Below are positions 63,345 through 64,000 of a stretch of DNA of 64,000 nucleotides, one piece after another; the stretch's first letter is position 1; each line of letters begins with the position of its first letter. The notes under the pieces are model-generated. The model worked only from the letters and a program-made list of their open reading frames with translations. It had not been told where the DNA came from and did not search any database. Both the position numbers and the translations under genes were made by a program. The stretch comes from a bacterium. Lineage in GTDB: Bacteria > Actinomycetota > Acidimicrobiia > Acidimicrobiales > Bin134. Where the stretch lies: contig JAPOVT010000056.1 of NCBI GenBank assembly GCA_026708015.1, positions 164,134-228,133 of the forward strand, written 5' to 3'.

Positions 63345-64000
63345 TGACGATGAGGACACCGGCCACACCCCACGCCACCATGACCAGCCAGTTGGTCACG
63401 GGCCAAATCGACTTGTCGCTGAGGGGGTCGAAACTCCCTTGCAGGGCCACCGCCAGATGCCTGATGGGGAATATGTCGCCGATCAGGGTGATTGCCTGGG
63501 GTGTTTCGTCAGTGGCTGGCACATAGACGTCAGAGACGAAGTAAAGCGGCAAGACGACCAGGTTGAGGAACGGTGGGCCGGCCGTCTCATTGGGAACCAG
63601 GTTGGTGAATGCCAACCCAAGGGCACAGAACACTGCGCCCCCAATGATCAAGGTCACGATCAGGCTGGGAACCGTCTTCCACAACAGATCCACGTCGTAG
63701 ACCGCCCAGCCGATCAACGCCATCAGCACCGCCATCAGGGCGATAACGGCGTAGGCGGTGGCAACCAGGCCCCCCATGAATACCCAGGGACGTATTGGGG
63801 TGCCCCGCACTCTCTTGAGAATGCTCGTCTCCCGGCGAAAGACCGTGACGATAGCCAGATTCACAAAGGAGGCTTGGACCACCGACAACGCGATGATGCC
63901 CGGCACAAAGCGACTGGCCAGCTTCGGGCCGACCGGGGTGACCAAGTCATTGCCGAAGAGAGCGGTGAGCACGAACAAGAAGATGAGGGGCAGGACGACG
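63313..64000 (-). CDS. ABC-2 type transporter permease, N-terminus outside window
   Basis: Multi-TM sequence. The frame stays open and hydrophobic (VVLPLIFLFVLTALF) to the window edge. Confidence 0.7.
   Translation of the reverse strand, partial: VVLPLIFLFVLTALFGNDLVTPVGPKLASRFVPGIIALSVVQASFVNLAIVTVFRRETSILKRVRGTPIRPWVFMGGLVATAYAVIALMAVLMALIGWAVYDVDLLWKTVPSLIVTLIIGGAVFCALGLAFTNLVPNETAGPPFLNLVVLPLYFVSDVYVPATDETPQAITLIGDIFPIRHLAVALQGSFDPLSDKSIWPVTNWLVMVAWGVAGVLIVTRWFRWTPRS

Noticed and set aside
1-64000. CRISPR arrays, tRNA/rRNA genes, IS elements, integrases, prophage genes
   Set aside because: I found no spaced direct-repeat array, no cloverleaf-like segments in the few spacers, and no transposase or recombinase-like translation in any listed ORF. 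A tRNAscan or Infernal run would be the definitive check.

Overview
High-GC, very gene-dense chromosomal segment. One ordinary 60-nt line, 40141-40200, counts 41/60 GC. It looks actinobacterial: it carries a mycothione-reductase-type flavoprotein and an F420/LLM-type oxidoreductase, but the phylum call is inference. I support about 60 CDS and found no rRNA, tRNA, CRISPR array, transposase or integrase. Three themes. (1) CoA-ester, lipid or steroid-like catabolism dominates: six AMP-forming acyl-CoA synthetases, seven SDRs, three cytochrome P450s, two DUF35 plus thiolase-like pairs, a split MaoC hydratase pair, two tandem acyl-CoA dehydrogenases, two crotonases, an alpha/beta CoA-transferase, a KstD-like flavoprotein, a class II aldolase and a VOC protein. 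(2) Housekeeping genes are interspersed (trpC, aroC, coaE, gcvP, mtr), along with a MacAB-like exporter with a lipoprotein adaptor, a ribose-type sugar ABC importer and a 999-aa M16 lipoprotein peptidase. (3) Accessory and decayed material. The most unusual region is a roughly 5.7-kb nuclease/methylase islet at 55.1-60.8 kb. It holds an AAA-ATPase with a PD-(D/E)xK tail, an RHH protein, a NaeI-type m5C R-M pair, a low-GC (35-37% in sampled lines) DUF6602-like gene with an unrecognised C-terminal half, a frameshifted HNH remnant, and a beta-class DPPF methyltransferase. It ends in a 32% GC junction with DnaA-box-like repeats. Elsewhere there is a hicAB module translationally coupled to aroC, a second putative TA pair, and two or three gene remnants (CoA-transferase, TauD-type dioxygenase, HNH). 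All family assignments come from reading the translations and from remembered motifs. No database search was run.
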